In this document: piece by piece, positions 26,815 through 40,894 of the stretch
Layout: each line of letters begins with the position of its first letter
How positions within the stretch are numbered: position 1 is the stretch's first letter
DNA from: Octopus sinensis
Lineage: Eukaryota
Assembly (NCBI RefSeq): GCF_006345805.1
Contig: NC_043006.1
Location: forward strand, 46,128,001-46,192,000
Length of the DNA: 64,000 bases
Direction of reading: 5' to 3'
Position numbers and translations under genes: made by a program
The notes under the pieces: generated by a model
What the model saw: only the letters and a program-made list of their open reading frames with translations
Told to the model about the DNA's origin: nothing
The model's database searches: none

Positions 26815-27162
26815 TATAATTAAGAGATGAGGAGTTATGTACATTATTTACATTATTTACATTAACCACTACGCCATGTGCTCGCGGGCATATGGCGTAG
26901 TATTTAAGAGCGCGGGCTACTAACTTCAAGATTCCGTGTTCGATTCGAGGCAGTGACCTGAATGATGATAATAATAATAATAATAATAATAATGATAATA
27001 ATAACAACAACAACATCGAAAAATACCTTATGAATGAGAACCCAGGTTCGAAATTTCCCCAAGACACCTGATGAAGGCTGGAGGGTATATCAGCCAAACT
27101 TTGTGTTAACAACAAACAAGATGAGGACAAATATCCATCAAATGTAAATAATGTAAATAATG
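26815..27162 (+). mobile_element. Family H: tRNA-headed, hammerhead-tailed SINE (26885-27162) with an inverted partial arm (26815-26884)
   Basis: Head GGGCATATGGCGTAGT..GTTCGATTC..CAGTGACC, (TAA)n(CAA)n linker, tail with HHR motif and (AATGTAAAT)n. Confidence 0.85.
27063..27107 (+). ncRNA. Minimal type I hammerhead ribozyme motif (core mutated: G12 lost)
   Basis: GACAC-CTGATGA-A-GGCTG[GAGGGTATAT]CAGCC-AAAC-TTT-GTGTT. Confidence 0.65.
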
Positions 27163-27171
27163 AATATAGAC

Positions 27172-27316
27172 CTCAGTACTTATTTTAAAGTTTGGTAGTT
27201 ATTCTACCTGGCTCTCTTATCGAACCGCTAAGTTACGAAGACATAGAAACCAACACTCGTTGCGTTGTCAAGCGGTCGTGGTGGTGGGACAAACACTCAC
27301 ACACGCATCCACACAC

Positions 27317-27360
<44 letters not shown>

Positions 27361-27480
27361 CGAGATTTCATTCAGTTTTCGTGTGCCAAATTCGCTCACT
27401 CATTCCCAGGGTGCCGCCCAGTGGCACTTTACTCGAACCCACGTGGTTACAAAGCGAACCACTTCTGAACCACACAGCTA
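27172..27480 (-). mobile_element. Family B SINE, old and degenerate
   Basis: CGAACCGCTAAGTTACG..GTTGTCAAGCG..(CA)n..GAACCACACAGC. Confidence 0.7.
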
Positions 27481-28539
27481 ATAATATAACACAGCATGTT
27501 ACTTTTTGAATATTTTGCGATACAATTTATAACATTGATCTGGTGACCCTGTTTCATACGGAAATGAATGAAAAGTGGAGTCGGTCAGGCAGCTTAATGT
27601 AGAAATTCCTTTTAAAATCAACGACCAACGACAACAATAACAAAAAAAAAAAAACAACAACAAACAAACCAAACCAAACAAACAAAAGCGTTTCCTGTAA
27701 TGTCTTGTAATAATGATCAGACATTGTTTCACATCAAACGCAATTAATTATTAATCTCTGACAATCTGGTCTGTTGGCGCTTATGTTGATGAAGGTATTG
27801 TTATTTATGCCGCTAGCTAACAAAAAAAAAAAAATAAAATAAAAGAGAGTGTTGATATCCCACAGACTAAGCCACGCAGACTGCCCATAAAATTGTTACA
27901 ACCCATCTTTCTTATTGCATAGCATTTAGTTATACAAATATTTAAAATAACCACTAAACGCACATAAAAATAACGGTCGCGTCAATTATGCAGTGATCCT
28001 GTCGCTTACGTCATTGCATTGTAATTCGGCATCGCAAATGATGCTGTTAATGATGATGATGATTGTGATGGTAATGATTTTGTGGACGTTATGTGACAGG
28101 AATAATTATTGCCGATATTGTTGTTGTTGTTGTTGGCTTTGATGCTGTGTAATTCCTGGTTAACCATGATGAAGCATATCTGTAATCAAAGGTATTCTAA
28201 TCTTGACCATTTTGTCATTATTAGGACTATGTGAATCAACAATCGTTAGCAGCATAGCACGGTGGTTCGTTACAGCGCTGAGCTCAAATCCCGCCCCAGG
28301 TCGATTCTATCGTTTATCCCATCACCGCATAAAAATCAAACACTGAGGTGAAAATAAGTGATTTGACTCACAAAACACGAGTTTCTGACCTTGTGCCTAT
28401 GAAAATAATTATTACTAGAATGTGTGGGACTGATTTTCTAATGAATCGTTTTTGTAAGACGGGGCCCTTTGGTTTTGTAAACGATTTGATTACTATTTCA
28501 AGCTGACTACATTAACCCATTGTCTGCCATAAGCCCCAA

Positions 28540-28707
28540 TTGGTCAACTGGTTAAGGTCAAACAACTGACAATCAAATCTGTGGTGTTGAGCTGAATATT
28601 TGCTGTAGCCCATCTTTTATACCAAGACAAAACAATGTACATGATAACACTTCCAATTAGTTAAGATCAGGAGCCATGAGAGCCACTATCTAGTACTGCA
28701 TCAGGGC

Positions 28708-28710
<3 letters not shown>
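28540..28710. mobile_element. Family D element, right-hand fragment abutting (ATT)n
   Basis: Matches 20375-20512. Confidence 0.8.
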
Positions 28711-28804
<94 letters not shown>

Positions 28805-28865
28805 GTCATCATCGTCATCGTCGTCATCGTCATCATCGTCATCGTCATCATCGTCGTCGTCGTCA

Positions 28866-28908
<43 letters not shown>

Positions 28909-28959
28909 TGTTGTTGTTGTCGTTGTTGTTGTCGTTGTTGTTGTCGTTGTTGTTGTCGT

Positions 28960-28992
<33 letters not shown>

Positions 28993-28995
28993 CGT

Positions 28996-29059
<64 letters not shown>

Positions 29060-29103
29060 ATTATTATTATTATTATAATTATTATTATTATTATTATTAT
29101 TAT
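28711..29103. repeat. Stepwise triplet gradient ATT-ATC-GTC-GTT-ATT
   Basis: Direct reading. Confidence 0.95.
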
Positions 29104-29570
29104 TCAGTAGTTTTACTTTTATCGCGTGCTTTCACTGCACTACCGAGCGCAGCTCTGTGTGCCTTGGGTATGTACTGTGGTTTGCTGTGATGCCCTTAAG
29201 GTTACTGTATTGGAAGTGTTTTGCGTCGGATGTATGCCGTGCCCAGTAGTGCAATTTTCTGTATGTTATATATATTTGTAAGTCCAGGTGTTTTTGTTAT
29301 GTATTTGTTTGAATATCTTTTTATTATACCTAATGCGTCAATAATGATAGGAATTGCTTCGATTTTTTGATTCCACATTCGAGTTACCTCTATTTCCAGG
29401 CCTTTGTATTTTGAAAGGTTGTCATCTGCTGGTATTGATACATCAATTAGAAAGAATTTTTTTCTTCATTATCCCTGACAATTATATCTGTGTGTATTGG
29501 CATATCCCATAGTATGGTTGCTCTCCCATTTTGTGTGACCTTTTCTGGCGTGTGCTTTTACAATCTTTTT
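29103..29570 (-). mobile_element. RLE-clade (R4/Dong-like) LINE 3' end: restriction-like endonuclease C-terminus plus 3' UTR, ending in (TAA)n
   Basis: Minus strand translates ATILWDMPIHTD..IIVRD..FLIDVSIPADDNLSKYKGLEIEVTRMW..IPIIIDALG..IQKIALLGTAYIRRKTL; the 3' end is CTACTGAATAATAAT. Confidence 0.85.
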
Positions 29571-29586
29571 ATTATTGTTATTATTA

Positions 29587-29664
<78 letters not shown>

Positions 29665-29794
29665 CATTATTATTATTATTATTATTATTACTATATTTGT
29701 TAGTAACAGTGGTTAATCGTTATGACGGCAATGTTCGAATGATCTGATTCATATTGTAATATGTGTACAAATATATGGTTGTATGAAAGTTATG

Positions 29795-30012
29795 TTTCTT
29801 TTACTACTCTAGGCACAAGGCCCAAAATTTTTGGAGAGTGGGCTAGTGGATCAGATCGACCCCAGTACGCAACTGCTACTTAATTTATCGACCCCGAAAA
29901 GATGACAGACAAAGTCGACCTCGGCGGAATTTGAACTCGGAGCGTAAAGACAAACGAAATACGGCTAAGCATTTCACCGGGCGTGCTAACGTTTCTGCCA
30001 GTTCGCCGCCTT
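29795..30012 (-). mobile_element. Family A SINE, short-tail monomer
   Basis: Reverse complement of family A. Confidence 0.9.
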
Positions 30013-30734
30013 AAATGGTTCTATGAACGTTGTATGTCTGTGCATGTGTGCAAGTGCGTGTATGTCTGTGCATGTGTGTAAGTGCGTGTATGTCTGTTTG
30101 TGTACGTGTGAGCATGAGTATGTGCGAGTTTCTGTTTATTTATTGGACTTATGGCAGTTGATGTTAAAAGCTGGTGTATGTATTTTTGTGTTATGTGGTA
30201 AAATGAAATGTTCTCTCTATTATACCTCACACCATTACCACTCGCCAATTGATCCCAAAGCATTTATCGACATCGACCTGCCTTCATGCCTTCATGAACT
30301 GGTTATCGATCAGGGACTGTCCTAGTTCCAGTGCAAAACTGCAAATTTGGAGGGAATGAACGGAGGGTGTTGGCGTCCATTTTCTTCTTGCTTTGCTCAG
30401 TATTTTTTTTCTTTTGTTTCGTATATATTTATTTATAATTTCTTTTTCGGTTTGTTTGTTGAAAAGTGCATGCATTTTTTTGTTTATTTAGGGAACAGCA
30501 AAAATGATAGACGGAGGAGGAGAGGAGGAGAGCGAAAGAAGAGAAGGATGTTGAAGAAAAAGCGAAGATATAAAGTGGTATGCACTGGTATTTGGGTGTC
30601 GTTGGTGGGAAAGAACCATTTATTGAGGATTGACTGCCAGTAGTTGTACTCAAAAGAGTTCAGACGATAGAATAGAACAAAGGAATTACGAAGAACAACA
30701 TCCTCACGCATTATATATATACATATATATATAT

Positions 30735-30805
<71 letters not shown>

Positions 30806-30842
30806 CATATACATACATATATATATATATTTATATATACAG

Positions 30843-30882
<40 letters not shown>

Positions 30883-31194
30883 GTATGTACATTTAAATAG
30901 ATAGATAGATAAATAGATATATGTACACACACACATAGGCGAGTGTATGGATGTATGAGTGTTTATATGTTTACGCACACACTCGTACATCTTTATATGC
31001 ATTGATATAGAATTACACATACTAACATACATATATATATACACACATACAATATATATATATGTATATATATATGTATATATACGTATATATATATATA
31101 TATACACATACATACCACAATACAGATCCATCTTTACATATGTATACACATATACATATACATCATATACATTATATATTTGTTTGAGTATATC

Positions 31195-31238
<44 letters not shown>

Positions 31239-31492
31239 TGTATAGAAGACAAGTAAAAAGAGCAGAGGAAAGCATACGTATATAATAAATCTATAACATA
31301 CGTAGTGATTATATGGGTGTGTGTGTGTGTGTATATAGGTGTGTGTGAGTGTGTGGGTGTATTTGAATATATGGTATGCCTTGTTTTAGTAGAGTTCGTT
31401 TGATACACTTACGTTAATGCATGCAGAAGTATATACCGACATATACATGTATGGTGTGTAGGTCTGCATCACATCTACTATGTGTATATATA

Positions 31493-31538
<46 letters not shown>

Positions 31539-31674
31539 ACATATACATTATATATATATGCTTAATACGTATACTACATTATATATATGAATACGTATGA
31601 GTGTACAGGTCATATATATATATTTATATGTATGTATATATGTATATGTATATACGCATATATATATATATCAG

Positions 31675-31741
<67 letters not shown>

Positions 31742-31749
31742 CATCTATA

Positions 31750-31790
<41 letters not shown>

Positions 31791-32410
31791 GTGTGTGTGT
31801 GTGTGTCTTTGTGAGTATGTGCATGCATACACCTGTGTACAATTAATAGATCAAGAAAGCATAAACGGAATAGTAAAAACGATAAGTTACAGTTTAGACA
31901 AAAAAAGAGAAAAACACACAAACAGAACATCACACACACACACACACGCGTGCACGCACACGCACACGCACACACACTCACACACAAACACACCAGCTAA
32001 ACGCACGAGCTTCGGAAAAACTTGAAGGCTCTGCCAACAAAGTGAGCGCCTTAACCCTTTCAAGAAAAGCCCTGTTATTAATGTCACCCCCGCTATTAGC
32101 GTGAACATCAATAACATTGTTTAATTGAATATATATCTGTGTGTGTGTCTGTGTGTTTTTGTTTATATATATTATATACTTATATAAATATATATATGTA
32201 TATGTATGTATACATACATATACGCACACACCCACATATATATTGATTTTGACTCTCCCAAGACACAATAATATATATATATATATATGCCACCATCTTG
32301 CTACTTTATATGCCATAAATTCCCTTTCGTACTCCCTCTTCAAAACGATTGTCCTCCCAATACGTGACACCCCCAATAATAGCATCATTATTACAACATC
32401 TGAGGGTTTG

Positions 32411-32441
<31 letters not shown>

Positions 32442-32547
32442 GCAACAACAAAGCTATAACGACCGGGCATCTTAACCACAACCTCCGAAACCGATCCATG
32501 GTTTCTAGAGTTGCTAGAAATAACAGCTGCCTCTATTTCATTGATAT

Positions 32548-32833
32548 GTGGAGGCAAATGGCCTAGTGGTTAGAGCAGCGGATCGCGGGTTCGAATCTCA
32601 GACCGGGCGTGTGTGTTTATGAGCGAAACACCTAAGCTCCACGCGGCTCCGGCAGAAGGTAATGGCGAACTTCTGCTGACTTTTTCGCCACAACTTTCTC
32701 TCACTCTTTCCTCTTGCATCTTGCGGCTCACCTGCGACGGACCGGTGTCCCGTCCATGAGGGGAACCTATACGCCAAGGAAACCGGGAAATCGGCCCTTA
32801 TGAGCCAGGCATGGATCGAGAAGGAACAAACAA
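32548..32833 (+). mobile_element. Family C SINE with tail 1 variant
   Basis: GTGGAGGCAAATGGCCTAGTGG head; CTGCGACGGACCGGTGTCCCGTCCA tail; ends in AACA repeats. Confidence 0.85.
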
Positions 32834-34079
32834 AACTATTTAATTGATACATTGGTTAAAGCAGTGCTCTCTCATCAAAAATACACAAAGAAGAAAAACG
32901 ACAAGATTTTTAGATTTTATAGAAGACCAGAGAAGGACCTCACCATCTTCTCCACAAACTCCTGCAGCATCAGGATAACGCCAAAACAACCAGTATCACA
33001 GCCACAATCATCACTACCACGATCACCAACACCAAAACCACAACCTCCACAATGAATGCCGCTAACAACGGTGCCAACCAAACGACCACGGGAATCACCA
33101 CCACCCCCAACCCCACCATCACCCCCACCCCCACCATCACCCCCACCACTACTAACAACACCAACAGTAACCATACTATCGCAACTATCATCACCACCGC
33201 CACCCTCCTCCTCCTCCCCCCCTCCTCCTCATCATCATCATACACATCATCTTCATCATCCTCATCATCATTATCCTCATCATCTTCATCATCTTCGTCT
33301 TCAATATCATCATCTTCATCATCCTCATCGTCATCATCATCATCTTCATCTTCATCATCATCGTCATCTTCATCATCATCATCATCATCATCATCATTGT
33401 CATCATTATTTTCATTATCTTCATCTTCAATATCATCATCATCATCATCATCATCATCAATATCATCCTCATCAATATCATCAATATCATCATCGTCGTC
33501 GTCAAGAAGAACTACAAGGGCAACAACGATGGCGAGGCAAAGAAGGCGCTTCTACGTGATCGCTCGTTCTGCTAGATCCAGCAGTCAAATCTACCCCCAA
33601 AATGAAGCCTTATCGTCTAAAACAATAGACCAAGGACACAAATGACAAAATAATGCAGTAATAGATATTCAATCAATCGTGTGCTCATGGCTGGAATATC
33701 TTTAATCACAGTTCCCCTGTATGGTTAACCTTGGGCTGAATAATATCCACAATATTAGCAACAATAAATCTTGAACTAGGAGCATCTTACGATGATGGCG
33801 GTAACAACATAAGAAAAACAAGATGGCCATTATAACAGCTACAGTCACTAACGACTCCACCCAGTGCGCTGCACAGTATAAGGAGCATTTGCCCTGCTAA
33901 CAACATTGTATTCTGTTTATTAAATACAGAGGCAGATTTTAGCTTTGATCTTAACCTTTTCGGCATCTTCAAAGAAATTATCTCTAAGATTTACTCACTT
34001 TGTGTTTATAAACACATTTACAGATTCCGACTAACAGTAGGAAAAATTTGAATCCACACACACACACACACATACACGT

Positions 34080-34161
<82 letters not shown>

Positions 34162-35349
34162 ACACGCACGCACATACATACATATGTATGCGCGTGCAGA
34201 CACGCAGACACTCGTACACGCACGTAGTATACACAATAGCTGTTACACACACACGCACATACGCACGCGCACACACATGCACACACTATATGCACGCGCA
34301 TATGCACAAGCAGCTTTATCATAAACACGTGCACTCTCAAGGAGTGTATGCAAGAGCAGACTAAATACATGCAATTATATACAAATACAGATACATATAT
34401 ACATACATACATACATATGTACATATATGTGTATGTATGTTTGTATTTATGTCTGTATTTATGTATGTACGTATGTATGTATGTATGTATGCATGCATGC
34501 ATGTATGTATGTATGTATGTATGTATGCATGTATGTATGTATGTATGTATGTATGTATGTATGTATGTATGGATGCATGTATGTATGTATGTATGTATGT
34601 ATGTATGCATGCATGTATGTATGTATGTATGTATGTATGCATGTATGTATGTATGTATGTATATATGTATGAACTTATGCAAGTATGTATGCGTGTATGT
34701 ATGGTCTCTTCTAGTTTAAATTGTTTGAATCCTTCTTGTAAATAAGGAACTGGTTTCTAACAAAGATAAAAAAGGTTCCCTCGTCGGAATGCAGATAACA
34801 GAAACAATGCCACATGTTGAACTTGATAAATGTTTTGTACATGCAACGTGCATTTCTACTGTTTTCCTGTAAAAACCCTGCTCCTTCTCTAATTTCACTT
34901 AGGTATTTACTCACAAAACCAATCAATCATTCTACCCATCAATCTTCGATGTGGCTGAACAACCAATCGCAACGAATCAGAGTTCAAAGTATGGGTTCCA
35001 CTATCCATCCTTTCGATTGATGAAAATACAAAACGTGACACACAAGACCTCCGTTCGAGTGATTTTCTTGAGTCAACCATGTCACACTTGTATGCCAGAC
35101 TGTCACAAGGTTATGCATAGTTATCCCTTTACAGCTGAATGGACTGGAACATCACAAAATGAAGAACACAACGCAGAGCCTGCCTGGGAATCGAGATCAC
35201 GAACCTGTGATTGTGAATCCAACGCCAAAACCCCTTGGCCACATACACCAATCATTATTTGTATAAATTGGAAAACTAATCTGGGCATTATTTGCATAAT
35301 ATACATTATTTACATTTGACGGATATTTGTCCTCATCTTGTTTGTTGTT

Positions 35350-35395
35350 AACACATCATTTCGGCTGATATACCCTCCAGCCTTCATCAGGTGTC
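35350..35395 (-). ncRNA. Minimal type I hammerhead motif (stem III region mutated)
   Basis: Minus strand GACAC-CTGATGA-A-GGCTG..CAGCC-GAAA-TG-AT-GTGTT. Confidence 0.65.
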
Positions 35396-35458
35396 TTGGA
35401 GAAACTTCGAACCTGAGTTCTCATTCCTAATGTATTTTTCGATGTTGTTGTTGTTGTT

Positions 35459-35531
<73 letters not shown>

Positions 35532-35574
35532 TATTATTATTATTATTATTATCATTATTATTATATTATTATTG

Positions 35575-36057
35575 AGTGAGAGAGAGCAGTTCATGCCATC
35601 AAAGTGACACTGGGGTAAAATATACGAAGCCCAATATACCCATCATGACTACCCGTCTGATAAAGGTAACACCAGGCACATGCATCACAACCATATGTGC
35701 GCGACATGGTGATCTCATATCAAGATAAACAGCACATGACCTTACAGGTGGGGCCCAGTTAGAATTTTTTCAGGTTGAGTAGCCCATCCCGCTCAAACGG
35801 TCCCTGAATAAGGGTTGTTTAAGGATGTTGAAAAAAAAACCCCATGTTTCCAGAGGTGAATTATTCAAACCCCAAAGAAAACCTCTCAACACATGACTAT
35901 GATGCTCCCCCACTACTTCTGCTCGTGATCAGAGATGCACATATCGTCAGCCACTAAGGGACATGCTCAACTGGTTAAGGTCAAGCAACTGACAAACAAA
36001 TCTGTGGTATTGAGCAGAATATTTGCTGTAGCCCATCTTTTATACCAAGACAAAACA
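35575..36057. mobile_element. Family D element inserted in (ATT)n
   Basis: Flanked by ATT runs on both sides; matches 20007-20465. Confidence 0.85.
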
Positions 36058-36133
<76 letters not shown>

Positions 36134-37207
36134 TATTATTATTCAGGTCACTGCTTGGAATCGAACTCGGAATCTTGGGGCTAGTAGCCCGCGCTCTTAA
36201 CCACCACGCTATATGCCTGTATTTCTAAGGGCCAGCATTGTCGCATTGTGTGTCACACTGAATCTTCTTGAGAACTACATTAAGTGCAGGCGTATCTGTG
36301 GAGTGCTCGGCCACTTGCACGAAGAGGCTGTTCCGTTGATCGGATCAATTGGAACCCTCGTCAGAGGGCCAGTTTGAAGCAGCTGTCAGTTTGTTCCGCT
36401 CATCACGTATTTTTTAGCACTCTTCTGTTATTGGCACACCACTGCATGTCCTTCTGAGAGTGATGCGGTATAGCGACCGCGAGTGCAAGAACGTGCGATC
36501 TTTATGTCGATAGCAGATACATCCATGTGTCTTTGAGAAACATCTCCACGCAAAGAATTTTATTTTTGTACTTTCAAAATACAATTATTGTTGACTTTGA
36601 AATACTTGATTGTCAGATGTTTTGAAGTTTATAACAAGTACTCCAGGTTTGTCATTTGCGTGTAAGAAAGTCTTTTTATTCTTTAGAACAAAGGGCCCAA
36701 AGAATTTCGTCTTTGAAATGTATACCACCGCTGGGAAAAACTGGCAGGTGTCTTTCATGTTCATTGATTGCTATGTATTCATTGAGAAAACAATGAATCA
36801 TTCATAAACATCGACGAGGTACTCGAAAAGGTTGAAGTTTTAAATTCCATCTTCCTACTCAAAGTAAACTAGTCCAGTAGAACAAAGGTTGGCGACAAGA
36901 AATACAGAGTTCGGCGAGTAAGAAAGATAAGGAAAAAACGGACAAGTAATTTTTAGAATGCATGAGTTCATTTATATAAGATGTTACATATATACATATT
37001 ACAGGATGGGGTTACAGCCTTTTGAGTTGTTCCAAACATGCGGCGAATGGTTAATCTTGAAATGGGTATTTTGTAAATGTGTGTACGTAATGAGGCAGAA
37101 TCCCCCACCCACAAAATATTAGCCACTCGGATGAAACTAATACGTGAATGTATTCTGGCGTGTACCATCTTTACAAGATGGGTCACCTTCTTTACAAGAA
37201 TCAATAT

Positions 37208-37800
<593 letters not shown>

Positions 37801-38919
37801 TAAATGCGGAAGTAGTCAGCAACGTATTCATGATAAATACAGGCATCAATAAAGGCCGATTAAAGGGAGACAATTACTAATGCAGATGTGAATATGGGAA
37901 AAGAAGGGAAAGAAGAGAAAGAACATGAAATAAAGAGTAAAATATATATAAGTAGAAAGTCATGGTGGGGAAGGAGAGACTGAGGAGTAAAGGAAAAAGA
38001 ATGAAGAAAAAATAAAGAAAGGAGAGAATGAAAGACAAATGAAAGAACCATTAGGTCAGTTTGAGAGGCTTGAGTTTCAAAGAAAAGGTCGTGAATCTAA
38101 GAATTGAAGAAGGTGGAAAACAGAGGGCAATATAGAGAAGAAATCAAAAGACAGGAAATCAAAGGAAATCTATTGAAAAGAAAGAGGAATTGCAATACCA
38201 AATATCATCTTGCGGCGTAAAAGAAACAGTGATTTGCGTTAGTAGAAGTTTCATGCGTGTAGATAAGAATGGGATCGTTAAAAAAATGTAAATGAAAATA
38301 AAAATAAAATTATAAAAATGTAAGAACGGACTATAAAAATAGGGCAAAGATTGAAAGATTTTGTATTTCCATTTGATTGACTGCAATTTTGATTCTAGTA
38401 ACTAGGAAAAGTAAGAGTAGGTATTCAGTAGGTCTTTATTCTAGTCAGGTAGAATAGTTAAATAAATATTCATCTTGAAGATGTGGTCTAACACAATTGC
38501 ATTTGCCCCTCATCCGCCTGAAGCTGTTCGCTGATACCTGCTTGAAGATACGTTTTCAATTTTATACGAGTTATTAATAGTTTTGATTATTTGATATGTG
38601 AAATATCGCCCCCTATTGAACGTCTGCATGCATAATGTGCATTATGATATCAACGATATCTTTCAAACTATTGTAATGGTCTAAATTCATTATGTAAGAG
38701 ATATATGTACCATTTCAAATAATTCAATTCTTGACATCTATGAGTGTTTTTCTATCTTCATGTATGCCTGACTTTTGAGTTAGTTTAACTCCTACCTTTA
38801 GTAAAAACGGTGCTAGTCAACACCCTCTGTCACTTTTGTGATCTCTGTGAATTTTGCCTGTTCATTTTGGCGTTAAACTTATTATTCTTCCTGCTACAAA
38901 AAAAAACAAAAAAACAAAT

Positions 38920-40540
38920 GGCTACATGCTAGATTCTGAAATTGCAAGATATTTCAATGTAACCAATAATTTGTTTGCAGATGACCTCAAGATTTATGCT
39001 AAAACTGTTAACAATGCCAAAGAATAACTATAATTAATAAGAACATTTTATGTTGAAGTAGGAATGGAAATGTTCTTATTTACTTCTTGAACGGGGAAAA
39101 TCAGTCTCCTGGACACAAAATCTCTGCATCAGTGGTCCCGCTATCTCTCCTGTCCCACACACACAAAAAAAAAAATGCTACAAATACCTTGGCATCGATG
39201 AAAATATATCGTACCAAGGTACTGTGACTAAAGCTGGAGTAACCCATGAATATTACACCAGACTTAGAAAAATATGGCAGTCCGAACTCTTCTCTTACAA
39301 GGCAATATCCCACAATGCATTTGTAGTACCAGTACTGATTCCAACATTAGGGATGCTTGGTCTGTAGAAGAAATCCATTCCATAGACATTAAAACTCGCA
39401 AGATTCTAACATCAACTGGAAATCGCCACAAAATAGTGATATTGACAGGCTCTACCTAAGAAAAGATAGAGTGGGCTAGGAGTTCGAGATCAGTGCAAAC
39501 AACATTTGAATGTCACATAGTCTCTCTCGCAGACAGTACTTGATAAACAACAGCAGCAAAAATAAATACATTTACTTTGTTCTGCAAAGTGAAAAAGAAA
39601 AAGAAAACAACAATATCTCATGTGTTGGAAGGGAGTTCCTCAGGAAGTACTCTCTTTCTGATGATCTCCCATACGACCCCGAATCAGCTGGATAAGTGTA
39701 AATCAAAGAAGACCTGGATTGAAACGCTCAGCATATCCCTACACGTACAAAAAGACCATGCATGGCCATATTTCTTGTAGACTTGAAGAAGATGATAATA
39801 TTGACGTGAAGTGAAGCCTCTCTTGGACTCTCTTGGACAGTTACACCGCATCACATTCTGAAGGCTATGCATTTCCAATCCAAGAACAGGAGAGTTCTGT
39901 TAAATACGTAATCAACAAAAGTGACAGTGAAGCCTTTGGAGTTCCATGATGCAGCCGAAAATGTAGATTATATCATATTTCTGGGGAAGACATAGTACAT
40001 GAGATTAGCAGCTGCCCGAAAATGTCGTCAAGGTATTACATCCTTATGCGACATGGCGTTGTCGCAAAAACAATATGAAATGCCATTTGGAAAAAGGCTG
40101 TCCTGGAATAAACATAGTGAATACTCGTTATTGAATACGTACACAAATACCAGCGCAAGAAATACTGGTGGAATATTCCCATCAAAATATCTATCAAGTG
40201 TAAGTATTGCAGGTCGGATATTGTTGTTTGGGACACAGACAAAAAGTATGTACCGTCATAGAGGTCGGCTGTTCCGCTGATGTGAACATCCCTGAAAATC
40301 AAAGAGGAAACAGATAATTAAGGGCAGCTGCTTCGAAACCTCCAGCTTTTATACCTGGATAAGAAATTTACATTCATACTAATGATAATTGGTACACTTG
40401 GTTTTGTAAGTAAGTACCTAACGGGTCATTCTGGATTTTCAGAAAGAGGAATCAACCAACTGATTCGCACGTTACAAATACAATGTGTAAGCGGAACAGT
40501 AAAACTATGCAAGACTTTTCTCAGGTTTAAAATGTGACAT
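38920..40540 (+). pseudogene. Decayed RLE-clade non-LTR retrotransposon (RT, zinc knuckle, restriction-like endonuclease)
   Basis: LFADDLKIYA (FADD at 38974), YKYLGIDE (~39179), WSVEEIHSIDIKTRKILT, CRLYHISGEDIVHEISSCPKM (39962), RSDIVVWD..CTVIEVGCSAD (~40211-40280); many frameshifts and stops. Confidence 0.9.
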
Positions 40541-40822
40541 TGTGTTTGTCATCTGCATTCCAAAGACGGAGCCTTGTGTGTTTCTCAGATACATGCTCCT
40601 TCTTCAGAGGGAGAATTTAAATAATTAAATACAGAAGCGACATACATACATACATACACACACCAACGCACACACACACACATATACTAACATGTGCACA
40701 TATATGTATGTCTGTATATGTGCGTTCGTGCATATACATACATTCATACAAACGCATATACATACATGCATACATACACACACACATACATACATACATA
40801 CATACATACATACATACATACA

Positions 40823-40894
<72 letters not shown>

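Larger units (their letters stand above)
35286..36219 (-). mobile_element. Family H SINE interrupted in its (TAA)n linker by family D (35575-36057)
   Basis: Tail 35286-35445 and head 36142-36219 match the other family H copies. Confidence 0.85.

Noticed and set aside
26886-26958. Possible tRNA gene (also the heads of families B, C and E)
   Set aside because: The acceptor stem is imperfect and the sequence continues into repeated SINE bodies, so these are SINE heads
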